From Calditrichales bacterium (GTDB lineage Bacteria > Calditrichota > Calditrichia > Calditrichales > J004), in the NCBI GenBank assembly GCA_965267575.1, contig OZ254086.1, forward strand, positions 2,944,001-3,008,000: a stretch of 64,000 nt of DNA, in the 5' to 3' direction. Below, in pieces: positions 19,671 to 29,582 of this stretch. Both the position numbers and the translations under genes were made by a program. Position 1 is the first letter of the stretch. Each line of letters begins with the position of its first letter. The notes under the pieces were generated by a model, which worked only from the letters and a program-made list of their open reading frames with translations, made no database searches and was not told the DNA's origin.

Positions 19671-21464
19671 ATGAGATTTTTACTTATTTTAGCGCTGGTA
19701 ACGATTGCGAGTGCACAGGATTACAAAGTCCGCGCCTTTCTCTCGCAAAAAAATGTTACCACCGAAACCACCTTTCAATATACGGTGGAGATAGAAGGCA
19801 GCAGCACGTCATCTCCGGATGTGGACTACCCGGATTTTAATGATTTCTTTGTGCTGGGCGGGCCAAATTCCTCCACAAGCATCCAGTACGTCAACGGCAA
19901 AATGAGCAGTAAGCGCAGTTTTTCCTACTACCTCAAAGCCCGCAGCGAAGGTGAATTTACGATCGGCCCGGCCCGTGTACAGGTTGGCGGAGATGTTGTT
20001 GAAACGGATCCTGTGACGGTTAAAGTATCGGCGGGCGCCACACGAACACCACAACAGGACCAGCCTAAACAAACCAGCGATCCTGATATTGCCGGGGAAA
20101 GCCTCTTCCTGAAAACGGAAGTTTCCAAGCGCAGACCGTATGTGGGCGAAGAGGTGGTGGTGACCTATAAGCTTTACTTTAAGCTCAATGTACGCAGCTA
20201 CGAGTTCGATAAGATGCCCGCCAATACCGGCTTCTGGACGGAAATGTTTGATATGCCCAAACGTCCAGCGGTAGATACCGAAATCGTAAATGGCGTCAAC
20301 TACAGTGTGGCGACACTACGCAAAGTGGCGCTTTTCCCAACACGCTCCGGCGAGATCCGTATCGATCCGCTGGTGGTTAACCTGGATGTGCACATCCCTG
20401 ATCAGCGTGACACGCGTCGCAGCCTGTTTGACAGCTTTTTTGATGTACCGCGTGGCCGCAACGTACGCAAGCAGATCGAGAGCAAACCGATCACTTTGAA
20501 CGTTAAGCAGCTGCCGCAGGAAAACAGGCCGGCGGATTTCTCCGGCGCCGTGGGCCGCTTTAAATTTGATGTGGATGTGGACAATCCGCAAAACAAGGTG
20601 AACGAAGCAATCACCCTGCGCATGGACCTGACGGGCACCGGCAACATCAAGCTGGCGGAGTTGCCTGCGTTGGATCTGCCTGCGGATATCGAGCAATACG
20701 ATCCGAAAATAAACACACAGGTTGATAACGGCGGCGAGCATATTTCCGGTAGTAAAAGCGCCGAATACCTGCTTATACCTCGTCTGGCCGGCCAATATGA
20801 AATCGATGGTCTCGACTTTGTCTATTTTGATCCGCGGCGCGAGGAGTATGTGCGCGAAGCCATTCCCGATATTATTCTGAACATAACCGGTGACGCATCG
20901 CAGGAAGCGGGTGGCCCGGCTGCCGTGGCACGTCGCGAGGTGGAGTTACTGGGTACGGACATCCGTTTTATCAAAGAGAGTGGCGATCTGCAGCCGGTAG
21001 GGCGTGACGAAAATTTGGGCTGGCCTTTCTGGCTCTCCATGACGCTGGGGCTGGTCGCTTTTGGCGCTTTCCTCGTTTACGATGAGCACCGCGCGCGCAT
21101 TGCGGCGGACAGCACGCTGGCACGCAGCCGTTATGCTTCCAAGGTGGCTTCCCGTTTTCTGGCCGAAGCGGCAAGCCTGGAGAAGAACGGTGCCCAGGCC
21201 GATTTTTATAAGGCCGTAAGCAGCGCCCTGCAGCGGTTTGTGCTGGATAAGCTGAATATTGACCTGAGCGATTTTTCGGCGCAAATGGCGCGGGAAAAGC
21301 TAAAGCAAAAAAATATCCCGGCGGAATTGATTGATGAATACATTACGGTGCTTTCGACCTGCGATATGCGCCAGTTTGCCGGAATCGGCGAGGATGGCGC
21401 GGAACGCCGCGACGTGCTGGAGCAGGCCCGTAAACTGATCACCCAAATGGATAAAAAAATATAA
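19671..21464 (+). CDS. batD: BatD protein
   Basis: Signal peptide, GPNSSTSIQYVNGKMS, PYVGEEV.VTYKLY, LFPTRSG, FSGAVGRF, G.GNIKL, FVYFDP, late TM helix. Confidence 0.9.
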   Translation: MRFLLILALVTIASAQDYKVRAFLSQKNVTTETTFQYTVEIEGSSTSSPDVDYPDFNDFFVLGGPNSSTSIQYVNGKMSSKRSFSYYLKARSEGEFTIGPARVQVGGDVVETDPVTVKVSAGATRTPQQDQPKQTSDPDIAGESLFLKTEVSKRRPYVGEEVVVTYKLYFKLNVRSYEFDKMPANTGFWTEMFDMPKRPAVDTEIVNGVNYSVATLRKVALFPTRSGEIRIDPLVVNLDVHIPDQRDTRRSLFDSFFDVPRGRNVRKQIESKPITLNVKQLPQENRPADFSGAVGRFKFDVDVDNPQNKVNEAITLRMDLTGTGNIKLAELPALDLPADIEQYDPKINTQVDNGGEHISGSKSAEYLLIPRLAGQYEIDGLDFVYFDPRREEYVREAIPDIILNITGDASQEAGGPAAVARREVELLGTDIRFIKESGDLQPVGRDENLGWPFWLSMTLGLVAFGAFLVYDEHRARIAADSTLARSRYASKVASRFLAEAASLEKNGAQADFYKAVSSALQRFVLDKLNIDLSDFSAQMAREKLKQKNIPAELIDEYITVLSTCDMRQFAGIGEDGAERRDVLEQARKLITQMDKKI

Positions 21465-22234
21465 TGCGGTTTTTTCTGAAAATGGCGCTATCACTGGTTT
21501 TTCTCGCCCAAGGCCTCGTTGCATCGCAGCAGCCTGTGGAGTCCGTGGAAAGCCTGTTTGAGCAGGGTAACACAGCCTACCGCGGCAATGAATACGATCG
21601 GGCGATTGAGCTTTACAAGGATGTGCTGGAGCTCGGTTACGAGAGCGGGCCGTTATACTACAATCTTGGCAATGCCTTTTACAAACAGGGCCGTTTGGGC
21701 GAGGCGCGTCTGTTTTACGAAAAAGCGCGTCTGCACATGCCCGCGGATGAGGCGCTGCTCTACAACCTGGAGCTGCTGGAGCGCCGTCTTGTGGACCAGA
21801 TCGAACCCGCGCCGCGTTTTTTTCTGGCCGAATGGTGGGACGCGTTTATCGGCTGGCTGCCGTTTACTATGTTAAAAACCCTGGTTACGTTGTTCTTTAT
21901 AATTTTCCTGATCGTCTTCGCGCTGTATATTCACAGACGTCGCCGTGGTCGCGGTGGCTGGCGCAGGACGATGCTTGCCGGTGCCTTTATCTGGCTGGCC
22001 GCGGTTGTTCTGCTTGTCAATAAAGCGTACTTTATGCAGAGTGAAACCGGCGGTGTCATCATGGATCCCAAAGCCACGGCTTACGCTGGACCTGCGGAAA
22101 ACAGCACCGAGCTATTTGTGCTTCATGAAGGTACCCGTATTCAGGTGTTACGCCAGGCCAATGACTGGCTGGAAGTGAAACTGGCCGATGGCAAAACAGG
22201 CTGGATCCGCGCCGACAATATTGAATTTATCTAA
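21464..22234 (+). CDS. batE: BatE TPR plus SH3-like protein
   Basis: FEQGN.AY...Y..AI..Y, LYYNLGNA, two TM helices, FVLHEGT...W.EV.LADGKTGWI. Confidence 0.9.
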   Translation: MRFFLKMALSLVFLAQGLVASQQPVESVESLFEQGNTAYRGNEYDRAIELYKDVLELGYESGPLYYNLGNAFYKQGRLGEARLFYEKARLHMPADEALLYNLELLERRLVDQIEPAPRFFLAEWWDAFIGWLPFTMLKTLVTLFFIIFLIVFALYIHRRRRGRGGWRRTMLAGAFIWLAAVVLLVNKAYFMQSETGGVIMDPKATAYAGPAENSTELFVLHEGTRIQVLRQANDWLEVKLADGKTGWIRADNIEFI

Positions 22235-22247
22235 ATGGATTTTAACC

Positions 22248-22739
22248 ATGCGCATACTGCTTATTCTCATACTATCCTTAAGTATTTTGTCCTGCGCCAG
22301 CTCGCGCAAAACAACCGACGAAACCGAAGCACAGCCTGAAGGATCCAGCTATGACGAATCCTTTGATCCGCTGACGCTCAAGGATGACGATATTGAGATC
22401 AAGGGTCCGGAAGTACGCGAAGACAAGACCGAATCCAAAACACCGGAAAAGGATACGCTGGAGCCGATGATGCGCGAAGCACAGGGTTTCCGCGTGCAGA
22501 TCTTGGCCACCAAAAATATTGAAACGGCGACCCGCATCGAGCAGGAGGCCAAGGGCGTCTTCAGCATGCACGATCATAAAACCTACCTTGTGTTCGAACC
22601 GCCGCTTTACAAAGTGCGCATTGGTGATGTGACCGACCGCCAGGAAGCTGAGAATATCCGCGAAATGGCCCGCGAGTTTGGCTACCGTGAGGCCTTTGTT
22701 GTGCGCACCAAAGTCAACGTAGCGGAGCGCCAACCCTGA
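22248..22739 (+). CDS. SPOR-domain lipoprotein
   Basis: Lipobox ILSC after ATG 22248. GFRVQI...FEPPLYKVRIGD...GYREAFVV. Confidence 0.8.
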   Translation: MRILLILILSLSILSCASSRKTTDETEAQPEGSSYDESFDPLTLKDDDIEIKGPEVREDKTESKTPEKDTLEPMMREAQGFRVQILATKNIETATRIEQEAKGVFSMHDHKTYLVFEPPLYKVRIGDVTDRQEAENIREMAREFGYREAFVVRTKVNVAERQP

Positions 22740-22744
22740 CCCGC

Positions 22745-22996
22745 ATGGATTCCCAGGACAAAAAATATACGCCCATCGACTGCACTTTTCATGACCGCTT
22801 GCTGGACTGGGCAACGATCGGCCGTGTTTGCAGCGTGGAATACAAGACAGCCGGGGGCGAGTTAAAGCAGGCCAATGGCATCATTAAAGATGTTTTCGCA
22901 CGCGCCGGCGCGGAATACCTGTTGCTGGATTCCGGTCTCGAAATCCGCTTAGATGACCTGCACTCAGTTAACGGCATCCGCCTGCCCGGCTCCTGA
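22745..22996 (+). CDS. Rof/YaeO-like (Rho-binding antiterminator family) small protein
   Basis: YTPIDCTFHDRL, then EYLLL.SG.EIRLDDL, resembling the Rof YxPIxC..D.LE and IRLD pattern. Confidence 0.65.
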   Translation: MDSQDKKYTPIDCTFHDRLLDWATIGRVCSVEYKTAGGELKQANGIIKDVFARAGAEYLLLDSGLEIRLDDLHSVNGIRLPGS

Positions 22997-23022
22997 CTCA
23001 GTTAACAATATTCGGAACCTCC

Positions 23023-23796
23023 ATGGATTATATCATCATTGCGCTGACCGCTCTAGTAGCCTCCGGCTTAACGCTCTTTTCCGGTTTTGGCCTGGGAACG
23101 ATCCTTCTGCCGGCGTTTGCTCTCTTTTTTCCTGTTGATACCGCCGTTGTTCTCACGGCTATCGTGCATTTGCTAAATAATCTTTTCAAACTTTACCTGG
23201 TGGGCGGCCACGCCAGCAAAGATGTGGTGCTGAAATTTGGAAGCGGCGCTTTTCTGGCCGCGTTGTTGGGCGCCTGGCTGTTACTGCGCTTTTCCGAAAT
23301 GGAGCCGGTGTTCAGTTACACTTTTAATGAATCCGTTTACGCCGTTACGCCGCTTAAGCTGGTCATTGCCGTTTTGATGGTTGTTTTCGCGCTGATGGAA
23401 ATTGTACCGGCTTTAAGCAAAATCAGCCTGGCCAAAAAATGGTTGCCCATCGGCGGCGTGTTAAGCGGGTTTTTTGGCGGATTGTCCGGACACCAGGGCG
23501 CGCTACGCAGTGCTTTCCTTATCAAGTATGGCTTAAGCAAGGAAGCCTTTATCGGCACAGGCGTTGTGATCGCGACTATCATTGACGTGTCACGCCTGTT
23601 TATTTACAGCAGCCGTTTTGATTTGACTATCGCCCAGGCCAACGCCGGTATTTTGATTACTGCCATCGTAGCCGCTTTTGCTGGTGCATTTATCGGCGCG
23701 CGCCTGATGAAAAAAATTACCATGAAAGGCGTGCAGTACACCGTGGGTATTATGTTGATTTTGATTGCCGCAGGGCTGGGCGCGGGGATTATTTAG
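23023..23796 (+). CDS. TauE/SafE (TSUP) family transporter
   Basis: SGFGLGTILLP, GFFGGLSGHQGALR, multiple TM helices. Confidence 0.85.
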   Translation: MDYIIIALTALVASGLTLFSGFGLGTILLPAFALFFPVDTAVVLTAIVHLLNNLFKLYLVGGHASKDVVLKFGSGAFLAALLGAWLLLRFSEMEPVFSYTFNESVYAVTPLKLVIAVLMVVFALMEIVPALSKISLAKKWLPIGGVLSGFFGGLSGHQGALRSAFLIKYGLSKEAFIGTGVVIATIIDVSRLFIYSSRFDLTIAQANAGILITAIVAAFAGAFIGARLMKKITMKGVQYTVGIMLILIAAGLGAGII

Positions 23797-23837
23797 CAGG
23801 AATTAAAAAAGTCCGGTTGAGTGAAGCAAAAACGTTT

Positions 23838-23861
23838 AAGGCGCCTGTTGAGGCGCCTTTT
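23838..23861. terminator. Probable terminator hairpin between convergent genes
   Basis: aaggcgcct-gttg-aggcgcctt followed by a short T run. Confidence 0.65.
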
Positions 23862-23862
23862 A

Positions 23863-24279
23863 TTATGTTTCGGACGGTTTTGACGTGGAAGTGACCATGG
23901 TCCCGCCCAGGTAAGCTGAAGGCATATAAACAAGTACATCCAGTATGCTGAACCAAAGCGGGTGCGGTATTATGACCAAGTTGACGATACCCGCAATCAT
24001 AACCAGGGCTCCTACGATAAGTGCGTGTTGAACAGGCTTTACCCGGGCGACGAGAGCCGCCAGCCAGCCGCCGCCAAAGCTGCCCAACGCATGGGCTAAA
24101 AGCACAACAACCAGGGACCCCGCGGGGATCTGTTCCGCATACTGCCGGATGCTTTCCGGGTTTTTAGGGTTTAACCCGGCAGGCATTGTAAACAAGAGCG
24201 GCGAGAGCGCTTCGACCAGGGCAACAATCAGAAAGCCAGCAAACAGACCCGCTATGACAGCCAAAATACGTCGTCCCAT
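23863..24279 (-). CDS. Hypothetical 4-TM membrane protein
   Basis: GGAG RBS, hydrophobic helices, NL..IPHP.W motif. Confidence 0.7.
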   Translation of the reverse strand: MGRRILAVIAGLFAGFLIVALVEALSPLLFTMPAGLNPKNPESIRQYAEQIPAGSLVVVLLAHALGSFGGGWLAALVARVKPVQHALIVGALVMIAGIVNLVIIPHPLWFSILDVLVYMPSAYLGGTMVTSTSKPSET

Positions 24280-24301
24280 GATTTCTCCCTTAAAGCTGAA
24301 T

Positions 24302-25384
24302 TTAGTCCTGCTTGTTTAAGGCCGAATGAATCATCATAAACTCGCCGACATTTTCCATTGTCAGCAACCCGCTCAGTTTGCCGTTCTCCATAACCGGCAT
24401 GGTGTGGCACTTGCAACGCTGCAACCGCATAAAGGCTTTTTCCAGTTCCTCATCCGGCGAAGCTTGTTCAATCTCCGTATCCATAACCATACGAACGGGA
24501 TGATCCTGTCCCTTTTCTTTTAGAGCTTCCATCAGGCTGGAGCGCGTTAAGATGCCCGCCACTTTTTCGCCTTCCATAACCGGAAAATCGTGCTGCGAGC
24601 CGCTCAGTATTTTATCGACGGCCACTTTTAGGGAATCATCGCTGTTAAGAATTTCAAAGTCGGTGACCATCGCTTTTCTTACAGGCTGGTCGTGCAGCAG
24701 AAAGCGCGCTTCCGTACTTTGCGCTTCCTGGCTGGCGCCAATCCAGACAAACAGTGCGATAAAAATCAGAAAAGGGTTGGTGAAAAAGCCCAAAAAGCCG
24801 AACAGCAAGGCAAAGCCCTGGCCCAGCATGGCTGAGATATTGGTAGCCTTGACATAATTGATCTTCATGGCCAGCAGCGAGCGCAGTATGCGTCCGCCAT
24901 CCATCGGAAACGCCGGGATGATGTTAAATACTACAAGAAAAAGATTGACAATCATCAGCCGTATCCAAAACGAGCCACCTGTCATGGTGAGTTCATCGAG
25001 GGGCTGCCACGTTCCGGTTAGCTGAAGAATGCCGTATATGACTGCCGCTATAACGACATTTACGGCGGGACCTGCCACCGCCACCCAGAACTCCTGCTTC
25101 GGTTCATCAGGCATACGCTGCAAACGCGCCACGCCACCGATAGGGTACAGAGTGATGTTTTTTGTGGGGATGCCATATTTTTGGGCGGTAAGGGCGTGGC
25201 CGAACTCGTGTAAAACCACGCAGGCAAATATGGCCAGGACAAATATTACGCCATGGATAAAATCCATAAAACCACTGCCGCGCATGGCATATACAATGGC
25301 GATCCATACAATGATCAACAAAAAAGTGGCGTGTATGTAAACGCCGATGCCTCTAAATTGCCCGATTTTTAGTGACCACTTCAT
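24302..25384 (-). CDS. Site-2 protease (M50) with two CBS domains
   Basis: HEFGH zinc motif, AGPAVN, FNIIPAFPMDGGR, C-terminal CBS pair. ATG at 25384 follows GGAGG. Confidence 0.9.
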   Translation of the reverse strand: MKWSLKIGQFRGIGVYIHATFLLIIVWIAIVYAMRGSGFMDFIHGVIFVLAIFACVVLHEFGHALTAQKYGIPTKNITLYPIGGVARLQRMPDEPKQEFWVAVAGPAVNVVIAAVIYGILQLTGTWQPLDELTMTGGSFWIRLMIVNLFLVVFNIIPAFPMDGGRILRSLLAMKINYVKATNISAMLGQGFALLFGFLGFFTNPFLIFIALFVWIGASQEAQSTEARFLLHDQPVRKAMVTDFEILNSDDSLKVAVDKILSGSQHDFPVMEGEKVAGILTRSSLMEALKEKGQDHPVRMVMDTEIEQASPDEELEKAFMRLQRCKCHTMPVMENGKLSGLLTMENVGEFMMIHSALNKQD

Positions 25385-25524
25385 AAGAGCCTCCGCTTGA
25401 ATCACAAAAATACGTTTAGCTTAAAGTAATATCAATCAAATAGAGCGACCGTAAAATGTCTAACGACGGGAGGATAAAAAAGCCATTTTTTTGAAAGTTT
25501 TCGGACTGTTGAATCGCGGATAAG

Positions 25525-25555
25525 AAAAGAGGCGCAGCGATTGTGCTGCACCTCT
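25525..25555 (-). terminator. Rho-independent terminator
   Basis: On the minus strand: agaggtgcagc...gctgcgcctct followed by tttctt, just after the stop at 25570. Confidence 0.65.
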
Positions 25556-25569
25556 GCAAGGATTGCTGT

Positions 25570-28500
25570 TTACTTCATCAGCATCATTTTGCGGGCGGCG
25601 CTGAATCCCGGTGTAATCAGACGATAAACGTATAATCCACTGGACAACCCGTCGGCGCGGAACGCTACATCATGTTTTCCGGCGTCCATATTTCTATCCA
25701 GCAGTCTGGCAACTTCACGTCCGCTTATATCATAAACGATCAGCTTTACCGGACCGCTTTCCTTCAGCGCAAAACGGATGGTCGTGGACGGGTTAAAGGG
25801 ATTGGGATAATTCTGCGCCAGCTCATATTGCGCCGGAACAATGCTGTTAGCGTATTGCTCGCTGATATCGACCGTTACCGCCGGATGCGTGACACGCAAA
25901 CCGCTGTAGGAAACATCGGTGAGGCGGTAGCTGTAGCTGCTGCCAACACGAATTGCCATGTCCTCGTGGCGATAAGTATGTGCCTCTGAGGTTGTGCCAT
26001 TGCCGTCCAGCCTGGCGATCTCTTCAAAGCTCCCGCCGTTTTCGCTTTTCTCAATGATCCAGTAAGCGTTTTGCAGTTCCGATGCCGTTTCCCATTTCAG
26101 TTCAACGGCGAGACGCTCTTTCATAGGTTCAACACTAAAGGCAGATAATTGAACCGGCAGCGACGTATCATTGGTCTCTCCCGTTATTTCGAAATCATCG
26201 ATCATAAAGCCGTCCTGGTTGTAGCCGGATGTGTAGCCTTCCGCCATCATAAATACAAAACGGAAAGCCACAAAGCTGTTGCCGCCCAGAAAAGAGCAAT
26301 CATATGAAGTTATTTCATTGGAATAGTTGCCGGACCAGGCATAGCCATGTGGCGTGACATCGTGTTCCGTGGCCGAATTGGCGCCACGGTCATACCAGTT
26401 TGTACCGCTGATATCGTCGCCCAGAAGCGTCCATGTGTCTCCGTTATCGGTGCTGTATTCCATGTAAACGCCAAAGGGCGCGTTTGCTCCGGATGCTTCC
26501 ATGCTTTTGCGGAACTGCACGCCGTAACTGCCGGCGGCGCTGAAGTTGTAGCTGGGGCTATAAAGGACACTGGTGTAATTATCATCGGGGACATCTTCGG
26601 TCAGTCTGGTTTTCCAGCCGTTGCTGCCGGAATTGAGCGTGGTGAGGGCGTTGCCCGGTGTACCGCGCTCCCACACATCGATCAGACCGTTGGTCAGTGC
26701 CTCGGAGTCGAAATGAACGGGATTGCTTTCAAAGTCACCGCCGTCCGACGTTTGGTAGGGTGTCCCCAGGCTGGGCATCACGTGGATGTAGCTTGTTTCC
26801 GTTTCCGTATCCGCGCCGCCGTTTATGGTCAGCTCTACGGTGTAAAATCCGGGCAGATTGTAACTATGAAGCGGGTGCTGTTGTGTGGAAATATTGCCAT
26901 CGCCAAAATCCCAGGACCACGACGTGGCCTTGAGTGAGCCGTCCGTGAACTGAATATCCTGGCCCACATAAGCGATAAGCTTGTCCGCCGAAAAACCGGC
27001 CTGGGCGGTAGAGAAGACATCGGACGAATAGAGCCCGCGTCCGTGGGTAGCGGCAATAACCAGATCGTCTGATGAGCGCGTTTTAAGCATATCGGTGCGC
27101 ACGTGAGCCTGACCCGTGTTTGCCGGCACCCAGCGCGTTTCGGCGCCATCCAGGCGGTCGGTGGACCACACACCGAGATCCGTGGCGATCAACGCCTGCT
27201 CCGTATTGTTGGGGTCGAACAGGGCCCAGCGCACGGGCAGGTCCGGCAGGTCTCCTTCGCATGATGTCCATGTGCTGCCACCGTCTTTGGTTTCCCAGAC
27301 GTTGTCTACACCGTAATTGCTGAAGATGGCCAGCATATGGTTTTCATCATCAGGATCAATCTCAATGCAATTAACATAGGCAGAGGGTGTGCCGGCGGAG
27401 GCATTCAAAACCGTAAAGGTTGGCGTCGCGTTGGCGTTATCGGCACGGATGATCTTGCCGTTGTTGCTGCCAAAGAAGACTCGGTGAGCGGTATGCGGCG
27501 AAACGGTAACAGCCGAGACACGGCCACCTTCAAGCTCAGTGAACGCTACCTCGGTAAAAGTGCTGCCGCTTTGTGGGTTATCCCAACGCAAAAACTCGCT
27601 CGTATCGTGCGAAGCGTAAAAGACATTATTAATGTCGTCATAATCCGTTGGATTGATAAAATAGCCGGTATTGCCAAAATCAACGCTAGTGAAGCTGCTG
27701 CCGCCGTTAGTGGAACGATAGTAATTATTATATACATAACTTGTGAACTGATAGCTGGATTCATTCTGGTCTATATGTGTATAGGCGCCGTCACCGCCCG
27801 TGGCTTCCGTTGTGCTGTTCATACCGGCGGAAGTAAAACGTTGTGTGCCGTTATCCTGGGAGCCTGCCAGGAACTGGTTCACGCCGCTGCCGGGATTAAT
27901 TGCGCAGGCATAAAACTGCGTAACGTTGTATCCGTTGTTTCGCGCGGCAAAAGTGCCGCCGGCATCGCTGCTGTAATAGACGCCGCCATCGGTTCCAAAA
28001 ATTATTTCACTGCTGGAACCGGCCTTAAACTGGATTTGATGCTGATCGGCATGAACATAGTCGAAGAAAAAACCATTCCAATCGGATATCTGCGTCCAGT
28101 TTTGAGCGCCATCCGTGCTTTTAAATAGGTTGATGCCGCCGGCATACAAGGTCTGATCGTCATTCGGGTCGCTTTGTAAAATGAGGTCATACCAGCCCTG
28201 ACCCCGTGTGAAATCAGAACCCATGCTCGGATCCCAGTCATCCGGTAATGAACGCGTTGTCCAGGATGCAGCCTTATTTGTGGAGATGGACATGCGCACG
28301 GCGGAATTGTTTGCTTCGATTATCGCGTAAACAATATTGGCGTTGGATGGCGCAGTTGACAGTTCCACGCGCCCCACTCCCGTGATCGTTCCAAAGGCGA
28401 GCGAATCCACCGTCCATGAGCCGGAAAGGCCTGTGTCGGAAAAAAGAATACAGCCACCGCCTTCGCCCCAGTTGTTATCACGCGTGCCCAGGTAGATACG

Positions 28501-29355
28501 GTTATCCGCGCCCAACTCAATATCAGCTACGGCATACGGGTGTGTATTGCCGCCACCGTCTTGCACATGATAGTCCGGCAGTACCTGTGTAAAGGTGAGG
28601 CCGCCGTCATCGGAGCGCCACAAACCGGTTTGATTAAAGCCGTGCCATCCGAAATTGTAGCCGCCTTCTATGGCCGCATAAAGTACACTGGTTCCGCTCT
28701 CGTCACGCACAACCAGGTCATTCACAAAATTAAAACCTGTTGTCGATTGCAGCCGTTGCCAGGTGCTGCCACCGTTGCTGCTCTTCCAGATGCCTTCACC
28801 GCGACTGTCACCCGTGTACCACCATTCGCCGGTTCCCACGTAAAATACCTGTGTGTCGTTGGGATCGTAGGCAATCGCTGTAATCCCGATGGCATCCCAG
28901 AAGTCATCCACCTTGGTCCATTGGGCGCTGCCGCTGGTAATATCATTGATGTACCACAAACCGCCGGTTACACCGCCTGCCCAAACCTTGTTGGTTGTAT
29001 TGGGGTCCCACATCAGCGCGCGCGTGCGACCGCCAACGTTATCGGGGCCGCGTTCTGTCCATTGAGCCGAAGCCAGGGCCGATTTCTGCAGACTCTGTTT
29101 TTTTGCCTGTTCGCGCTGCAACATAATTTCCCGCGCTTTACGCAAACGCTGTGAGGGTATGTAACCCAGGCTGCGGTCGGCGGTTTTTTCAAACTCCTGT
29201 TCATAAAGATCACGCAGCATCTGCTGTTTGGTAAAGGGCTTATTCCGGGGCTTGCGTTCAACAATCTCAACGCCGTCGTCAAAAGCAATCAGAAATACAA
29301 AAATAGCTACAATGGCCAGGGCCGTTATGGCCGCGGCCGGCTTAAGAATTCGCAT
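25570..29355 (-). CDS. Secreted BNR/Asp-box (VPS10-like) beta-propeller protein with PKD domain and C-terminal sorting domain
   Basis: WTERGPDNVGGRTRAL, many S.(D/N)GG..W Asp-boxes, HADQH, GSQDNG, PKD motif WSWDFGDG...P.H.Y...G.YTV.L, LPVQLSAF, QNYPNPFNPST...KMMLMK. Confidence 0.85.
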   Translation of the reverse strand: MRILKPAAAITALAIVAIFVFLIAFDDGVEIVERKPRNKPFTKQQMLRDLYEQEFEKTADRSLGYIPSQRLRKAREIMLQREQAKKQSLQKSALASAQWTERGPDNVGGRTRALMWDPNTTNKVWAGGVTGGLWYINDITSGSAQWTKVDDFWDAIGITAIAYDPNDTQVFYVGTGEWWYTGDSRGEGIWKSSNGGSTWQRLQSTTGFNFVNDLVVRDESGTSVLYAAIEGGYNFGWHGFNQTGLWRSDDGGLTFTQVLPDYHVQDGGGNTHPYAVADIELGADNRIYLGTRDNNWGEGGGCILFSDTGLSGSWTVDSLAFGTITGVGRVELSTAPSNANIVYAIIEANNSAVRMSISTNKAASWTTRSLPDDWDPSMGSDFTRGQGWYDLILQSDPNDDQTLYAGGINLFKSTDGAQNWTQISDWNGFFFDYVHADQHQIQFKAGSSSEIIFGTDGGVYYSSDAGGTFAARNNGYNVTQFYACAINPGSGVNQFLAGSQDNGTQRFTSAGMNSTTEATGGDGAYTHIDQNESSYQFTSYVYNNYYRSTNGGSSFTSVDFGNTGYFINPTDYDDINNVFYASHDTSEFLRWDNPQSGSTFTEVAFTELEGGRVSAVTVSPHTAHRVFFGSNNGKIIRADNANATPTFTVLNASAGTPSAYVNCIEIDPDDENHMLAIFSNYGVDNVWETKDGGSTWTSCEGDLPDLPVRWALFDPNNTEQALIATDLGVWSTDRLDGAETRWVPANTGQAHVRTDMLKTRSSDDLVIAATHGRGLYSSDVFSTAQAGFSADKLIAYVGQDIQFTDGSLKATSWSWDFGDGNISTQQHPLHSYNLPGFYTVELTINGGADTETETSYIHVMPSLGTPYQTSDGGDFESNPVHFDSEALTNGLIDVWERGTPGNALTTLNSGSNGWKTRLTEDVPDDNYTSVLYSPSYNFSAAGSYGVQFRKSMEASGANAPFGVYMEYSTDNGDTWTLLGDDISGTNWYDRGANSATEHDVTPHGYAWSGNYSNEITSYDCSFLGGNSFVAFRFVFMMAEGYTSGYNQDGFMIDDFEITGETNDTSLPVQLSAFSVEPMKERLAVELKWETASELQNAYWIIEKSENGGSFEEIARLDGNGTTSEAHTYRHEDMAIRVGSSYSYRLTDVSYSGLRVTHPAVTVDISEQYANSIVPAQYELAQNYPNPFNPSTTIRFALKESGPVKLIVYDISGREVARLLDRNMDAGKHDVAFRADGLSSGLYVYRLITPGFSAARKMMLMK

Positions 29356-29582
29356 AGGGGCTCCGCGTGTTTGAGTTAGGACGGTGGCGACAAAGTTGGC
29401 GAAAATAGGCACGTACATGTGATGACGCAAGCGCGCATGCTGATATGCAAGGTATTGGACAAAAAAAGCTGCTAAATGTCAACAAAAACGAGTCTGAAGT
29501 ACCTTCCAGCGGCCGGCAGCAAGGACCTAAAAAAGTTAAGAAATGAAAAAAATATCTTTGTATCTTAGTTATCAGACGTAAA

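Noticed and set aside
22962..23006. 11-bp direct repeat actcagttaac (22962-22972 and 22996-23006)
   Set aside because: It is a single short pair with nothing element-like between the copies and is plausibly chance.
27337..29154. 263-aa and 204-aa plus-strand ORFs inside the BNR protein gene
   Set aside because: They are antisense shadows of a strongly motif-supported CDS.
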